The notes under the pieces were generated by a model. It ran no database searches. It worked only from the letters and a program-made list of their open reading frames with translations, and was not told the origin of the DNA. A program made the position numbers and the translations under genes. This document shows positions 8,254 to 20,791 of a stretch of DNA of 64,000 bases, piece by piece; position 1 is the first letter of the stretch; each line of letters starts with the position of its first letter. Source of the DNA: an uncultured Planctomycetota bacterium (GTDB taxonomy: Bacteria > Planctomycetota > Planctomycetia > Isosphaerales > Isosphaeraceae); the NCBI GenBank assembly GCA_963823665.1, contig CAWGMQ010000004.1:2816001-2880000 (forward strand), read 5' to 3'.

Positions 8254-9846
8254 TTAGATCTTTCCGGAGGGCGCTGTCAGTTTCTTCAGGTGGGATTTCT
8301 GGGTGTCCGTGGCGCCCTCGCGGAGCTCGAGCTTCCATTTTTTCTTCGGTGGTTGCTTCGCCTCCGGATCGGGGGGCGGGTCGGGAGCGAACTGCAATCC
8401 GAACCAGTCAAGTGCTTCGGTGTAGTCGAGCTCTTTCGTTGACGAGATGTTCTTCTGGTACCATTCTTTGAGGTCGACGCCGGCGATTTCTTGGGCGGTC
8501 ATTCGGAACTGGTCGGGTGTGAAACCGCGCTCGCCTGCGTAAAGCCTGTAAGCTTGCCGCATGACATCGTCCAGGCTCCTTTTGCCTGCTGTAGCCCGCT
8601 GAATCCGGGCGTCGAGCAGGAAGCCGACGATCGGCCCCTTGGCGTAGTAGTCGACCGTCTTGTTGCGATCGCGACGCACGCCGGAGACACCGGACGACCA
8701 GACGTCGAGCGAAGACTGCTCGAGCGATTGCAGCAGGCGGCCCGGCGAGTTTTGAACCTGATCGATGTGTGAGGACAGAGAGGCGAGAAAATCGTCGGTC
8801 GTGCCCAGGCCCGACCGCGCGACGATCAGCTCGCCGTAGTAGCTGGTGAAGCCCTCGGCGATCCAGAGGCTGCTGGTCTTGGGTGGGTGCTCGAAGTCAA
8901 ACGGCCCGAGCTCGACCGGCCGGAGCCTCTTGACGTTAAAGGCATGGAAATACTCGTGGCTCACGAACGAAAGCCACCGAAAGTTTCTCGGGGCATAAGC
9001 CACTCGGGGCGGTGCGGCCGTGAGCAACGTCGAGTCTTTATGCTCGAGGCCGCCGCCGCCCCGGCGAAAGACGTTCAAGAAGACGTATCGCTTGAACGGG
9101 AGGAAGCCCCAGAGCCGGCGGTTTTCCTCCGCGAGTTTCTGGAGCTCCTTCGCGGCAAGAGCGCCGTTCCAGGGGCCGGTTTCGCCGATGTCGACCAGAA
9201 GATGCTTGCTGCCGTCAACCTCGAATTCGTGGACCGAAGGGTTCCCCGCGACGACGGGTGAATCGACGAGAGTTTCGTAGTCTGGCGCACGGTAATGATG
9301 AGTCGCGTGATCGGCTGCGGGCTCGAGCGCGGTCATCGTCTGTTTCCACGCTGGTGGCAGCACGAATCGGATTTCGTGGGGGCGCGTTGCTTGCTCCACA
9401 AGGGTGATGAACGTCGGCGCGCCGTTGAACACGGCGAACGACTCACCGACGTAGTCGGAGGTCACAGACGAGCGATCGCAAACAACACGATAGGTCACGG
9501 TGACCTTGGCCTTGCCGCCGGTCTCGATTCGCCAGCGGTTTTTCTGGGGATGTTCGACTTTGAGCTCAGTGCCGTCAGGCGCTATCGCTTTCAAGTCTGC
9601 AACCCGGCCGGCGTAATCCTCAACGACATAAAACCCGGGTGACCACACAGGCATCATGATCTCGATGGCCGGCCGACCAGAGGTGGGGACTACAGCTTCG
9701 ACCTCAGCCGCGTGCGACTCGGGCTTGGAGATCTTGACCGTGTGGACGATCGGCTCGAGCGTCTGTGCGCGAGTGGCCGTGGCCGAAGAAAACACCGCGA
9801 ATCCCAAGCAAATCCACGACAAACCCGACATCGCTCGGCGATGCAT
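8254..9846 (-). CDS. M61 family metallopeptidase (secreted)
   Basis: MPVWSPGFY, GGGLEH, SHEYFHAFNVKRLRP, LWIAEGFTSYY, YYAKG. Confidence 0.9.
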   Translation of the reverse strand: MHRRAMSGLSWICLGFAVFSSATATRAQTLEPIVHTVKISKPESHAAEVEAVVPTSGRPAIEIMMPVWSPGFYVVEDYAGRVADLKAIAPDGTELKVEHPQKNRWRIETGGKAKVTVTYRVVCDRSSVTSDYVGESFAVFNGAPTFITLVEQATRPHEIRFVLPPAWKQTMTALEPAADHATHHYRAPDYETLVDSPVVAGNPSVHEFEVDGSKHLLVDIGETGPWNGALAAKELQKLAEENRRLWGFLPFKRYVFLNVFRRGGGGLEHKDSTLLTAAPPRVAYAPRNFRWLSFVSHEYFHAFNVKRLRPVELGPFDFEHPPKTSSLWIAEGFTSYYGELIVARSGLGTTDDFLASLSSHIDQVQNSPGRLLQSLEQSSLDVWSSGVSGVRRDRNKTVDYYAKGPIVGFLLDARIQRATAGKRSLDDVMRQAYRLYAGERGFTPDQFRMTAQEIAGVDLKEWYQKNISSTKELDYTEALDWFGLQFAPDPPPDPEAKQPPKKKWKLELREGATDTQKSHLKKLTAPSGKI

Positions 9847-9945
9847 AAGAGTGTTCCTCAGTTGCGTAAGGACCGGGATTCATCGCGCCCGGTCGTTTTG
9901 CTCCAGCCTTGTTCGGTTTGGCTCGAGCGGGGCATTGGAATACGG

Positions 9946-11277
9946 TTATTTCTTGTCGAGTCTCGGTTCGTAAAACGTCGTCGTCAAATGGAACGGAATG
10001 CCGTTCAACTGGTACTCCACTTCGCCGAAGAGGGCGAGACGGCCGGTGCTCGGGGCCTGACCGTGGAAGCTGATCGTTTCGCCGGGCTTCAGGGGAGAAT
10101 CACTCCATTTTGACTCACGGAAATCGCGGTTCTCGGAGCGGGCGGTCCAGATGCGTGCCGCTTGAGGCGCCGGATTCGAGCGAATCGTGACGTGAAAATC
10201 ACCGCCGGCTCCTTCGGCGAAATCCCAGGTGAGCTGCGGCATCGGGCGATTCAGCACGACGTGATGGAAGAAAGCTCCCAGGCCCGAGGTTGCCCAGTCG
10301 CGGTTTACCTTCAAGTCGTGGCCGGCATTCGGCAGCTCGACCAGATACTTCGGCCCCTGCAAGTCTTTCCAGTAAAGGTCGAGCGCGTCGAGTGTCCAGT
10401 AACGGTCGTTGGCGCCGTTGATCAACATCTTGGGCTTCAACAGCCGCTGGCGATAAGTAAACGGGTCGACCATTTTCCAGAGATTCGTGCCGGTTTCCGT
10501 TGCGACGGTTTCCATCAGTCCGCGCTCGACGTAATCGTGAATCTGCTCGCTGTACTGGCCCCAGACCTTGAGCTGGTTCGGGCCTTGCGGGCCGAGATTG
10601 AGCATGACGATCACCATGGGGGCGATCGCGATGACGCGGTCATCCACCGCACCCGTGAGCCAGGTTGTCCAGCCACGCTTCGAGCCGCCGGTCACGACGA
10701 AACGCGACACGGGCTTGCCGTTCTGCCTGGACCACGCCTGGACGGCGTCCATTGCGCGCACGGCGCTTTTGACCATGGGAAAGAGGAGCGGCCAGTTCTC
10801 ATCTTTCGACTGGAGATAGCGGACGAATGTCTCGGCGATCAACTCGTCCTCGGTCTTGCCGCCGAGCAGGGGCTGATTGGGCACCTGGGGCAGCACGGCA
10901 ACCCGAGCGCCGCAAACCCTGGCCAAGCCAAACGCTTGCTTGTGGTCGTCTTCGGATGCCTTGCGACTACTGTCGCCGCCGGTGATGAATAGAAGCATCG
11001 CATCGGGATGGACGATTTCGCGCGGCTCGTAAACCCTCAGGTCGTGAGTCCAGGTAATGCCCTGCCACTCCTGGGATGTGAGCTTGATGCTCGTGACTAC
11101 CCCGGCAGCGGTGCTCGCGGTTCCGGTCTGACTCCACGCGAATGCCGGATCAGCCTTTTTGATGTACGCGTCGAGATCGGCGCGCGCGATGCGCGGAAAG
11201 GCGGTCGCGCCCAGCGCGATCAAGACGAGCCCCACACCGGCTCGAACGGGGATTGAAGGACGGTGCTTTGTCGACAC
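9946..11277 (-). CDS. PqaA-family (PhoPQ-activated pathogenicity-related) alpha/beta hydrolase
   Basis: LTSQEWQG, QVPNQPL, PMVKSAVRAMD, GGSKRGWTTWL, GANDRYW, PNAGH. Confidence 0.85.
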   Translation of the reverse strand: MSTKHRPSIPVRAGVGLVLIALGATAFPRIARADLDAYIKKADPAFAWSQTGTASTAAGVVTSIKLTSQEWQGITWTHDLRVYEPREIVHPDAMLLFITGGDSSRKASEDDHKQAFGLARVCGARVAVLPQVPNQPLLGGKTEDELIAETFVRYLQSKDENWPLLFPMVKSAVRAMDAVQAWSRQNGKPVSRFVVTGGSKRGWTTWLTGAVDDRVIAIAPMVIVMLNLGPQGPNQLKVWGQYSEQIHDYVERGLMETVATETGTNLWKMVDPFTYRQRLLKPKMLINGANDRYWTLDALDLYWKDLQGPKYLVELPNAGHDLKVNRDWATSGLGAFFHHVVLNRPMPQLTWDFAEGAGGDFHVTIRSNPAPQAARIWTARSENRDFRESKWSDSPLKPGETISFHGQAPSTGRLALFGEVEYQLNGIPFHLTTTFYEPRLDKK

Positions 11278-11400
11278 GACCGGGGCTCCTAACTCTGGGC
11301 GATGTTGTAGCCGGCACGGCGAGGTTCGGCTGCGCCGAATGCACGGCCATTCTCACGCTCGACAAAAACGTTAACATGACCCGTCGGCGAGCTGCAACTT

Positions 11401-13165
11401 TCAAGAAGGCGTATCGACGCGAATGGTCTTCTTCGCACGCGGGAGGCCGAATTGTTGATGTTGGAACGTGCGGATTGCGTCCAACGAGTCGAGCACGCCG
11501 CCGGGGCCGTTCAAGTTTTCCGTGTCGCCGGTTACCAGGAAACGCTCGGCTGCGCGAAGACCGCCGAGCTGGCTGGCCTGTGCTTCGCGGAAAGCGCTCA
11601 GCACCTTCTCGAGCCGCGGGTCGGCGATTCTCAATCGGCGCACGGCGTTCTGGTCCGCGCGGGCACGTTGGATCAAAGTCCGGACGGTCGCGAGATGACC
11701 GGCCTGAGCCTCCGGGTCGCTACGATCCCTGCGTAGGATCAGCGTGCTTGGAGCTTCCGCCGCGATTGCATTGAACTCTTGGAGAGCAAGCTGGAGCCAC
11801 TCCTGAACTGCTTGAAAACGTACAGCCGGCGTGGCGAGTGCCCGGCGCGCTGACGAGCGCTGCAGTGGCGGTCAATGCGGCGACGATCAGCAACGTTGCG
11901 CCGAGACGGCGCAGAGCAACCCACCGGCTCGACACGACTGGCCACGGTCGCGTGAGCAAGAGCCCGCTCACGAACCCGGTGGCGAGTCCGCCGAGGTGGG
12001 CCTGGTGATCGATGTTAGGCACAAAGTATCCCAGAATGGCCATCAAGATGGCGACGGAAATCAAGCTGGTGTAGAACGACATGAGTATCGACTTGGCTAT
12101 CGCGTGGCGATGAACGATCAGGAAGGCTGTGAGCGCGCCAAGAATTCCGCAGATCGCTCCGGATGCGCCGACACCAATACGACTCGGAGATGCCGCGAGA
12201 CTCGCAAGGGCACCTCCGACGCCGGAGGTGAGATAAATGACGACGAACGCCGGACTGCCATAGAGCCGCTCGACGAGCGGCCCGACCACGTAAAGGCTCC
12301 ACACATTCATCGCCAGATGGATCGGCCCACCGTGCAGAAACACTGTGACGGCCAGCCGCCAGTATTCGCGAATGAGGACCACGTCGATGCCGCAGCTTGC
12401 GCCCCAACGGAGCAATTGATAGGGTGAAGGCATCCGCCAGGGCACACCTGTCGCGACCATGGCGGCGTACGCGAGGACGCACGCACACATCAAGATTGGA
12501 GTCACGACCCCGCGGTGTGCGGTCGAGTGGATCGCTGTGCGGAAATCGATAAGATCCTGGCCGAAGGCTCGCGCCTTCGCCGTCACGTTGACCACGGCCG
12601 GAAGGGCCCGGGCAGCCCGGCTGGCAAGATCCGCATCGATCGCGCCTTCCGGCAGTGCACCCGCGCGGACCGCGCTTCGCATCGCCTCCAGATAACGCAG
12701 GAGGGCCAAGGCCAGTCCACCGTCGTCCTGTCCAACCGCGATCATCGAGGAGTTGCCCAGCTCGATTCCATAGGATCCGTCCGCTGCCTCGACGACTCGC
12801 ATGTTTCCTGGCAAATCAGCGTAGGCGGCAGAACGAGCCATCAATTCAAGTGTGCGTGATCGGAAGCGCGATTGCACACCTGCTCGCTTGTGTGGCTCGG
12901 GCGGATTGATTTTTTCGGTCCAATACACGCGGCGGGTTGTGAGCGCGCAGGAGCGAGTGGGTTGGCGACCACCGGAATCTATGATCGCGAGCAGAACCTC
13001 GTCATCTGCCAATGGAAGGTAGTTGACCAGAGCCGAGTTCAGGACCTCCGGTGGAATTCTCGGGGCGAGATGGGCGCGAACAAAGGGGCCCAGCGGTGCT
13101 GCGGACGCAAGGGCGAATTCGTCCCATCGCCCGGTGGCCTGCTGGAGGCCCTTCTCTGTCGACAT
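11401..13165 (-). CDS. Rhomboid intramembrane serine protease with soluble N- and C-terminal extensions (frameshifted near 11.7-11.85 kb)
   Basis: WRL..FLHGG..HLAMN, GASGAICG, IDHQAHLGG; the C-terminal helical part continues in ORF 11401-11676. Confidence 0.75.
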
Positions 13166-13386
13166 GACTTGCTTTTCCTTAACGGCAGGATCGCGAGTGC
13201 TGCGAATGGTGAGACTATCCGAGATCGTGTGGTGATCTCAAGCGCCGGAACGATGTGGCGGAACGGGTTGATGAAATCGGTCACGCGAAAATAGGATGAA
13301 TCAGGCGAATCGAGCGGACTCGCCGTTCGAGAAAAGCGAGTGCCGGCCTGCAAATCGTCGGCCGGCAGAGGCGGGGAGGGCCAGGC

Positions 13387-14154
13387 GTGCTCGGGCTTGT
13401 TGAATTTGGCCGCCTGGTTGATTTCTGCGTGCGTGCGTGCGCAAGTGCACCCGGGGCTCTGGTGAACAAGCCGGGAGAGGTGATCGCGCAGTTCGAGAAA
13501 GTGGCAGTGAGGAGCCTGCCGATAGTAATAGGGGCCGGTTTAAGCGTGGGCATGGTCACCTGGCTGCAGACGTACCGGCTGCTGGCGGCACACGGTGTGG
13601 AGTCGACGCTCCCGAGATTTCTGTCGGTGGCGCTGTTCGTTGAGCTTGGTCCGCTTCTGGCAGGCTTGCTGGTTGCGGGCCGTATGGGTGCGGGCTTGGC
13701 CGCTGAGCTTGCTTCGATGGTGCAGAACGAGGAGATCGATGCTCGCGTGGCGCTTGGCACCGACCCAATCGCAACTCTGGTTTCACCGCGGGCGATCGCG
13801 TGTGCGCTGGCCGTCCCGTTATTGACAGTGATCATTGATGCTTCGGCGCTTCTGGGAAGTTTGGCTGCGGAGCTGGCCGCCGGGAAGTCGACCGCAGCCC
13901 TGTTCTGGAGAGAGTCACTGGTGTATCTACGGCTGACGGATGTCATCCCTGCCACACTGAAGACGGCAGTCTTCGGGCTGCTGATCGGGCTCTCTGCCTG
14001 CTGGACGGGTCTGGTCGCCGGCACTTCGCCAGAGGCGGTGGGCCGCGCGGCCACTCGCGGGGTCGTGCGCGCGACCCTCGTTGTATTTGCCGCCAATCTT
14101 GTGATGGTTCCGCTGATCCAGGCCGCCGTGTCGGCGCTGGAATGGACTCAATGA
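13387..14154 (+). CDS. MlaE-family ABC transporter permease
   Basis: ELGPLLAGLLVAGRMGAGLAAELASM...EEIDA...G.DP...LVSPR; VGRAATRGVV. Confidence 0.9.
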   Translation: MLGLVEFGRLVDFCVRACASAPGALVNKPGEVIAQFEKVAVRSLPIVIGAGLSVGMVTWLQTYRLLAAHGVESTLPRFLSVALFVELGPLLAGLLVAGRMGAGLAAELASMVQNEEIDARVALGTDPIATLVSPRAIACALAVPLLTVIIDASALLGSLAAELAAGKSTAALFWRESLVYLRLTDVIPATLKTAVFGLLIGLSACWTGLVAGTSPEAVGRAATRGVVRATLVVFAANLVMVPLIQAAVSALEWTQ

Positions 14155-14189
14155 GATCCCGTTGTCTTGTCTCCTCGAGGTGACTCACG

Positions 14190-15305
14190 ATGTTACGCGA
14201 GATCGGGCGATGGCGGGCGCTGGCCAGCGCGTGTTTTGCGCTTGCGGTTCTGGCGCTGGGTGGCTTCGGGCTCTACGAGGTTGCCGGCCGCCAATGGCGG
14301 GTGCAGCCGACGTTCCACGTGCGGGCGCGGTTCGAGACGATCAGCGGCGTCGAGGCGGGGCACCGCGTCCGAATTCAGGGAATCGACGCGGGGGTGGTCG
14401 CCCGGATCGTCCCGCCGAGCGAGCCGGGCGGGCCGGTTGAGCTGGTCCTGCGGCTCGACCAGCGCTTGCACGGCCTGGTGCGGACTGACGCCGTTGCGCG
14501 GATCGTCTCGGAGGGCCTGGTGGGCGCGAAGGTGATCGAGCTGACGCCCGGAACGGCGGGGTCTGCTCAGGTCGCCGAGCTGGCGATGATCGCAAGTGAA
14601 AAGCCGGTCGAGATGAACGATTTGATGGCGCAGGCTACTGCGTCGCTGGCGCGGCTGGACGCGGCGACCACGGCGGCCGAGCAAGGACTGGCGGAGGTGA
14701 CCGCGATCGCCAACTCGATCCACAAGGGCGAAGGGAGCCTCGGCAAGCTTGTCCGCGACGACTCGCTTCACACCAGTCTGACCGAGCTGGCGCACCGGAG
14801 CGAGCAAACACTGACCTCGCTGGATGAGAACCTGGCGGCACTCAAGGAGACGTGGCCGCTTTCCCGTTATTTCGAGCGGCGGGCCTATCAAGATCGCGAT
14901 CGGACGGTCTTCCAGCCCGGGTCGTCGCGGAATTGCCGGGTGCTCGCGGCGGACGATCTGTTTGAATTGGGAAGATCGGTCCTTACTCCCGTCGGACAGA
15001 CACGGCTCGATGAGATCGCGCGGTGGTGCAACTATGCGGGGCGGCCGACCACGCAGATCGTGATCGCGGCGTACACAGATGACCTTTCCAACCGTGAGCG
15101 GGCCGAAATCTTGACGCAGGAGCAGGCGGACTCAGTTCGCAAATACCTGGTCGCGAAGCATGCGATCCAGTCTGCGGGGTGGTTCAAGTTGCGCAAAGTT
15201 GCGGCGGTGGGATTTGGGGCGCACGTTCCGCGCACGCTCGAGGCGCCGCCTGCCGGTGCGCCCTCGCGGCGGGTGGAGATTATTTTGTTCACGCCGCAGA
15301 CGTGA
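14190..15305 (+). CDS. MlaD/MCE-domain protein fused to a C-terminal OmpA-like domain
   Basis: TM anchor, VRIQGIDAGVV, SEGLVGAKVIELTPG, GEGSLGKLV; C-terminal LF..G...L, AYTD, LTQEQADSVRKYL, GFG, RRVEI. Confidence 0.8.
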   Translation: MLREIGRWRALASACFALAVLALGGFGLYEVAGRQWRVQPTFHVRARFETISGVEAGHRVRIQGIDAGVVARIVPPSEPGGPVELVLRLDQRLHGLVRTDAVARIVSEGLVGAKVIELTPGTAGSAQVAELAMIASEKPVEMNDLMAQATASLARLDAATTAAEQGLAEVTAIANSIHKGEGSLGKLVRDDSLHTSLTELAHRSEQTLTSLDENLAALKETWPLSRYFERRAYQDRDRTVFQPGSSRNCRVLAADDLFELGRSVLTPVGQTRLDEIARWCNYAGRPTTQIVIAAYTDDLSNRERAEILTQEQADSVRKYLVAKHAIQSAGWFKLRKVAAVGFGAHVPRTLEAPPAGAPSRRVEIILFTPQT

Positions 15306-15373
15306 AGGTCCTATTGGTTCTCGGTGACAGTGCCGCGGCAGGCCGACTGGACGCCCATTACCGCGAGGCCTAT

Positions 15374-15685
15374 TTAGCAGAATTCCACCGAACGGCCGGG
15401 AACTTGCTCGAAGTCCTTGGGTTCAGCGTCACGGGCCTGGTAGATATCCTCACGAATCTGCGTAAGACTCGGATCGTCGCGGTATTTTCCCGCAAATGCC
15501 GCAATGCCTTGATGAGGCGTCTCGACGAACACCAAATCCCTGTGGAGAACTCTTGCTTGCAGGATCGTCCGGATTTCAGCCAAGGCTTCCTCACGGGTCG
15601 GGGCGGAGACGCGTACGTCTGGCGAGCCGACGAGAGTTGCCACAAAATGAGCGTTGTCTTGATGAATGAAAACAGGTAACGACAT
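15374..15685 (-). CDS. Small HicB-like (antitoxin-type) protein
   Basis: ATG at 15685 after GGAG; ..VSAPTREEALAEI.. HicB-like motif; AGKYRDDP tail. Confidence 0.5.
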   Translation of the reverse strand: MSLPVFIHQDNAHFVATLVGSPDVRVSAPTREEALAEIRTILQARVLHRDLVFVETPHQGIAAFAGKYRDDPSLTQIREDIYQARDAEPKDFEQVPGRSVEFC

Positions 15686-15886
15686 TCTTCCCTCCGTCTG
15701 ATCCCGCTTGCGACCCCGTCGCGTTGTTATTGTACGGGCTATGCCGCCTAAGAAGCTCAAGGACGAAGTGCGATGAATAGCTTGATATTTAGGCGTTCGC
15801 AAAGGTTCTGGCCGGGTGCATGATAACGGATTGCGGGCGACGGCGTGAGTATGTAATCGTCTGGCCTAGCAAATTGAGGGACGCGA

Positions 15887-16306
15887 TTACTGCCGCCAGT
15901 TGACCAGGGCGAGGGGGTAGCCGAGCTGCTGGGTGCGTTGATAATGCGAGATGTTGCCGGTCGCCAGCACGAGGCCATGAGTGAGGGCCACGGCCGCAAT
16001 CATCGGGTCCGCAAAGCCGAGCGGTTGGCCGGTGCGGTCCAGGTCGCCCCAAATCCGGCCAGCCAGTTCGGCTGCGGGTTGGGCAAAGTCGATAACTTCC
16101 TCGGAAGCAACATAGCTGAGCAAATCGGTGATTTTCTGCGGTCGCTGAACCTGCTGGAAACCTTTGACCATCTCCATGACGGTGATGACAGAGAGCGTGA
16201 GAACGCCATAGGTCTGGCGGTAGGAGCGGGCGTTGGCAACAACGGTGGTCTTCACTGCCCGGAGGATTTCGGAGTAAATGTCCGTGTCGAGGAGCGTCTT
16301 ACTCAT
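15887..16306 (-). CDS. PIN-domain VapC-type toxin
   Basis: LLDTDIYSE, LSVITVMEM, ADPMIAAVA, LATGNISHY. Confidence 0.9.
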   Translation of the reverse strand: MSKTLLDTDIYSEILRAVKTTVVANARSYRQTYGVLTLSVITVMEMVKGFQQVQRPQKITDLLSYVASEEVIDFAQPAAELAGRIWGDLDRTGQPLGFADPMIAAVALTHGLVLATGNISHYQRTQQLGYPLALVNWRQ

Positions 16307-16562
16307 CCGGCGGGAGCGTTAACGTCCGTGTCTCTCGGCTGTGCATAATGCCGTGGGTGATTTGCTCGAGGAGCTCGGCGTCGTCGTGCATGGCTCCGAT
16401 CGACCCCATGTCGGATGGCTTGGCGGTGAGCTGGTTCTGTGGCTTCTGTCGGAGGAAAGCCCGCACGGCGGCAGCGACCAAGTCATCCTCGCTTGCGAAA
16501 TGACCACCGAGCACCTCGGCACGGACGGAGCTTTCCAAGTCTTTGGGTAAATTGATGGTCAT
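16299..16562 (-). CDS. RHH-type antitoxin
   Basis: MTINLPKDLESSVRAEVLGGHFASEDDLVAAAVR (ParD/CopG-like); overlaps the PIN toxin start. Confidence 0.75.
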   Translation of the reverse strand: MTINLPKDLESSVRAEVLGGHFASEDDLVAAAVRAFLRQKPQNQLTAKPSDMGSIGAMHDDAELLEQITHGIMHSRETRTLTLPPDE

Positions 16563-16942
16563 AGCACGATTCTCATTTACATTCTTTAGCCTAGCATACC
16601 CCGAAGGTTGTGCCAAGCGATTGTCTGTAATGCCGGCCTGGCGATAGCGGTGGCGATGCGATCAATCGCGCCAGCACTTGCCGGTCACACGCTGGTGGGC
16701 TCGCATCGAGAAGCTGAACAAAGGCCGCCTCATGGGCTGATTCTTCGCCGCCAGTCGCGCGCCTGCGAGAAGTTGCCGCCCATCTGGGGGTCCATCACCT
16801 GGCCAATCTTGCCGGTTGCCCGGCGCGATAACGGACCGCTGCCATCAATCGCAAAACGCTCGCGTCGCACGCGGTACACACGGTATTCGCTGCTGCCCTG
16901 GTCGAGCGCATTCATCCAGATTCCGGGTGATTCAGCACGCCG

Positions 16943-19158
<2,216 letters not shown>

Positions 19159-19172
<14 letters not shown>

Positions 19173-20085
19173 GGTATTGGCTGACGTCGACGTCCTCCAG
19201 GACTCCGAGCGCGTCCTGGGTGAGGACCGCGATCGAGCAGTACAGTGAGATCAAGTAAGAGGCAATCGCCTTGTGGTCGATGCCCATGAAACGGACTGTG
19301 AGGCTGGGCGACACTTCACCCGCGAGCCCGGGCTGGAAGAGTCCGACGACGCCCTGCTTTTGCTCGCCCGTGCGTAGCAGCAGCATGCTGGTCTTTTCTG
19401 CTTCCACAGGGAACTTGTCACAAGGCACCAGCGGGATTCCCCGCCAGGTCATAAACGGGGAACCGAACAGGGTCACGATCGGGGGTGGAACACCGCGGCG
19501 AGTGCACTCGCGTCCAAAGGCGGCAATGGCCCGCGGGTGCGCAAGGAAAAATGCTGGCTCCTTCCAAACCCTCGCGATGAGCTCGTCCAGATCGTCGGGC
19601 GTGGGTGCGCCCTTCCTGGTCTTCAAGCGCATGTCAGCCGCAACGCTGCTGAGCAGACCGTACTCCTTGTTGTTGATCAACTCTCGTTCCTGGCGTTCCT
19701 TGACCTTCTCGATGATCAGGCGCAGTTGCTCACGTATCTGGTCATGAGGGCTCCGATACAGATCGGAGATGCGGGTGTGCACATCGAGTGTGGTCGTCAC
19801 CGCGCTCAATGTGTATTCACGAGGGTTCTCTTCATAATCGACGTAAATCTCGGGCAGCAAAACTTCTTCACCGGGGCTGCACTCAACCGTGCGAGTCCCG
19901 GGGGCAGTCGGCTTCACCTTGTTGACACGGTACCTGCCGGCTTCGACGGGCACCCACGGCAGAAAACTGATCAGCCAGCGCGGCGTGATCTGCTCCATCA
20001 TGGGCACGGTCTTGGTGACGACGCCGAGTTGGCGTGCCGCCTCTACGCCCAGTGTGTGACGAGTCGGGGTTGTCCCTTCGGCCAT
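19159..20085 (-). CDS. Family 2A encapsulin shell protein (SrpI-like)
   Basis: AARQL..TKTVP.M..ITPRWL..LPWVPVEAG.YRVN, VDYEENPREYTL, VHTRISDLY, PTPDDLDEL, ECTRRGVPP, SLTVRFMGID; overlaps the cargo gene start. Confidence 0.93.
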
Positions 20086-20108
20086 GGGATTAGCTCGCTT
20101 CACGCAAC

Positions 20109-20229
20109 AAAAAAAAAGGCACGGCATGCCTCTCGCGTGCCGGCCCACCTCAGCCCAACCAGGGATTGCCTAACAAAGGCAACCCCCCCTACAAATTTTT
20201 AACCTATCAGGCCGCGACTTGCCCGTCAA
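20109..20229 (-). promoter_or_regulatory. Promoter and structured 5' leader with intrinsic terminator upstream of the encapsulin operon
   Basis: TTGACG (20229-20224), 17 nt, TGnTAGGTT (-10 at 20206-20201); hairpin GGGTTGCCT-TTGTT-AGGCAATCC; GGCACG..CGTGCC followed by T9, ending about 23 nt before the ATG. Confidence 0.65.
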
Positions 20230-20397
20230 CGTACCGGAGCCGAATGCCAGCGCGCTTCTTTTCAACGATGCCGTAACCGCGCAACACCGGGTGTTTTCCG
20301 GAGGTAACGTAAGACGTTTTTCACATGATGCATGGCGTCACTAGCAGGATTCGGGCGATCGGTTAGACTACGCCGTCGATGAAATGAAATCCACTGC

Positions 20398-20791
20398 TCA
20401 ATGTGCGAACGGGTCGGCCGGGAAGCCCGGGTCATAAAGGATCACCGCCTCGGCCTCGTTCCGAAGGAGCCGGATCTCCAGTTCGTCCCAGAACTGGGAG
20501 GAATTCTCGCTCGGCGGCCGGTTACGGAGCCGGTCGAGCCATCGCCGGGCCTTGTCGCGATGCCCGAGACGATGGTGAGCCATGGCCAGGAACACCCAGT
20601 CCTGGGGTAGGCTCTCTCAATTCGGCCTGCAGTGCGGGTCGGCCCTCGTGGGAGACGTCGACCAGATAGTCGTCGATGCGCGGTTGGCGCCCCTCCTGCC
20701 AGTGGGCCTCGAATCGCCGGCAGATCTCATCGATCCGGCGGGCCATTTCGACATCCAGGCCGTCGAGGTTGTTGCTGGATCGGTCACTCAT
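20398..20791 (-). pseudogene. Remnant of a planctomycete-type Ser/Thr kinase-TPR gene; N- and C-termini joined, kinase domain missing
   Basis: N-terminal RRIDEICRRFEAHW...PRIDDYL...L.AEL is joined out of frame near 20612 to C-terminal QDWVFLAMAHHRLG...ELEIRLLRNEAEA..DPGFPADPFA. Confidence 0.7.
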
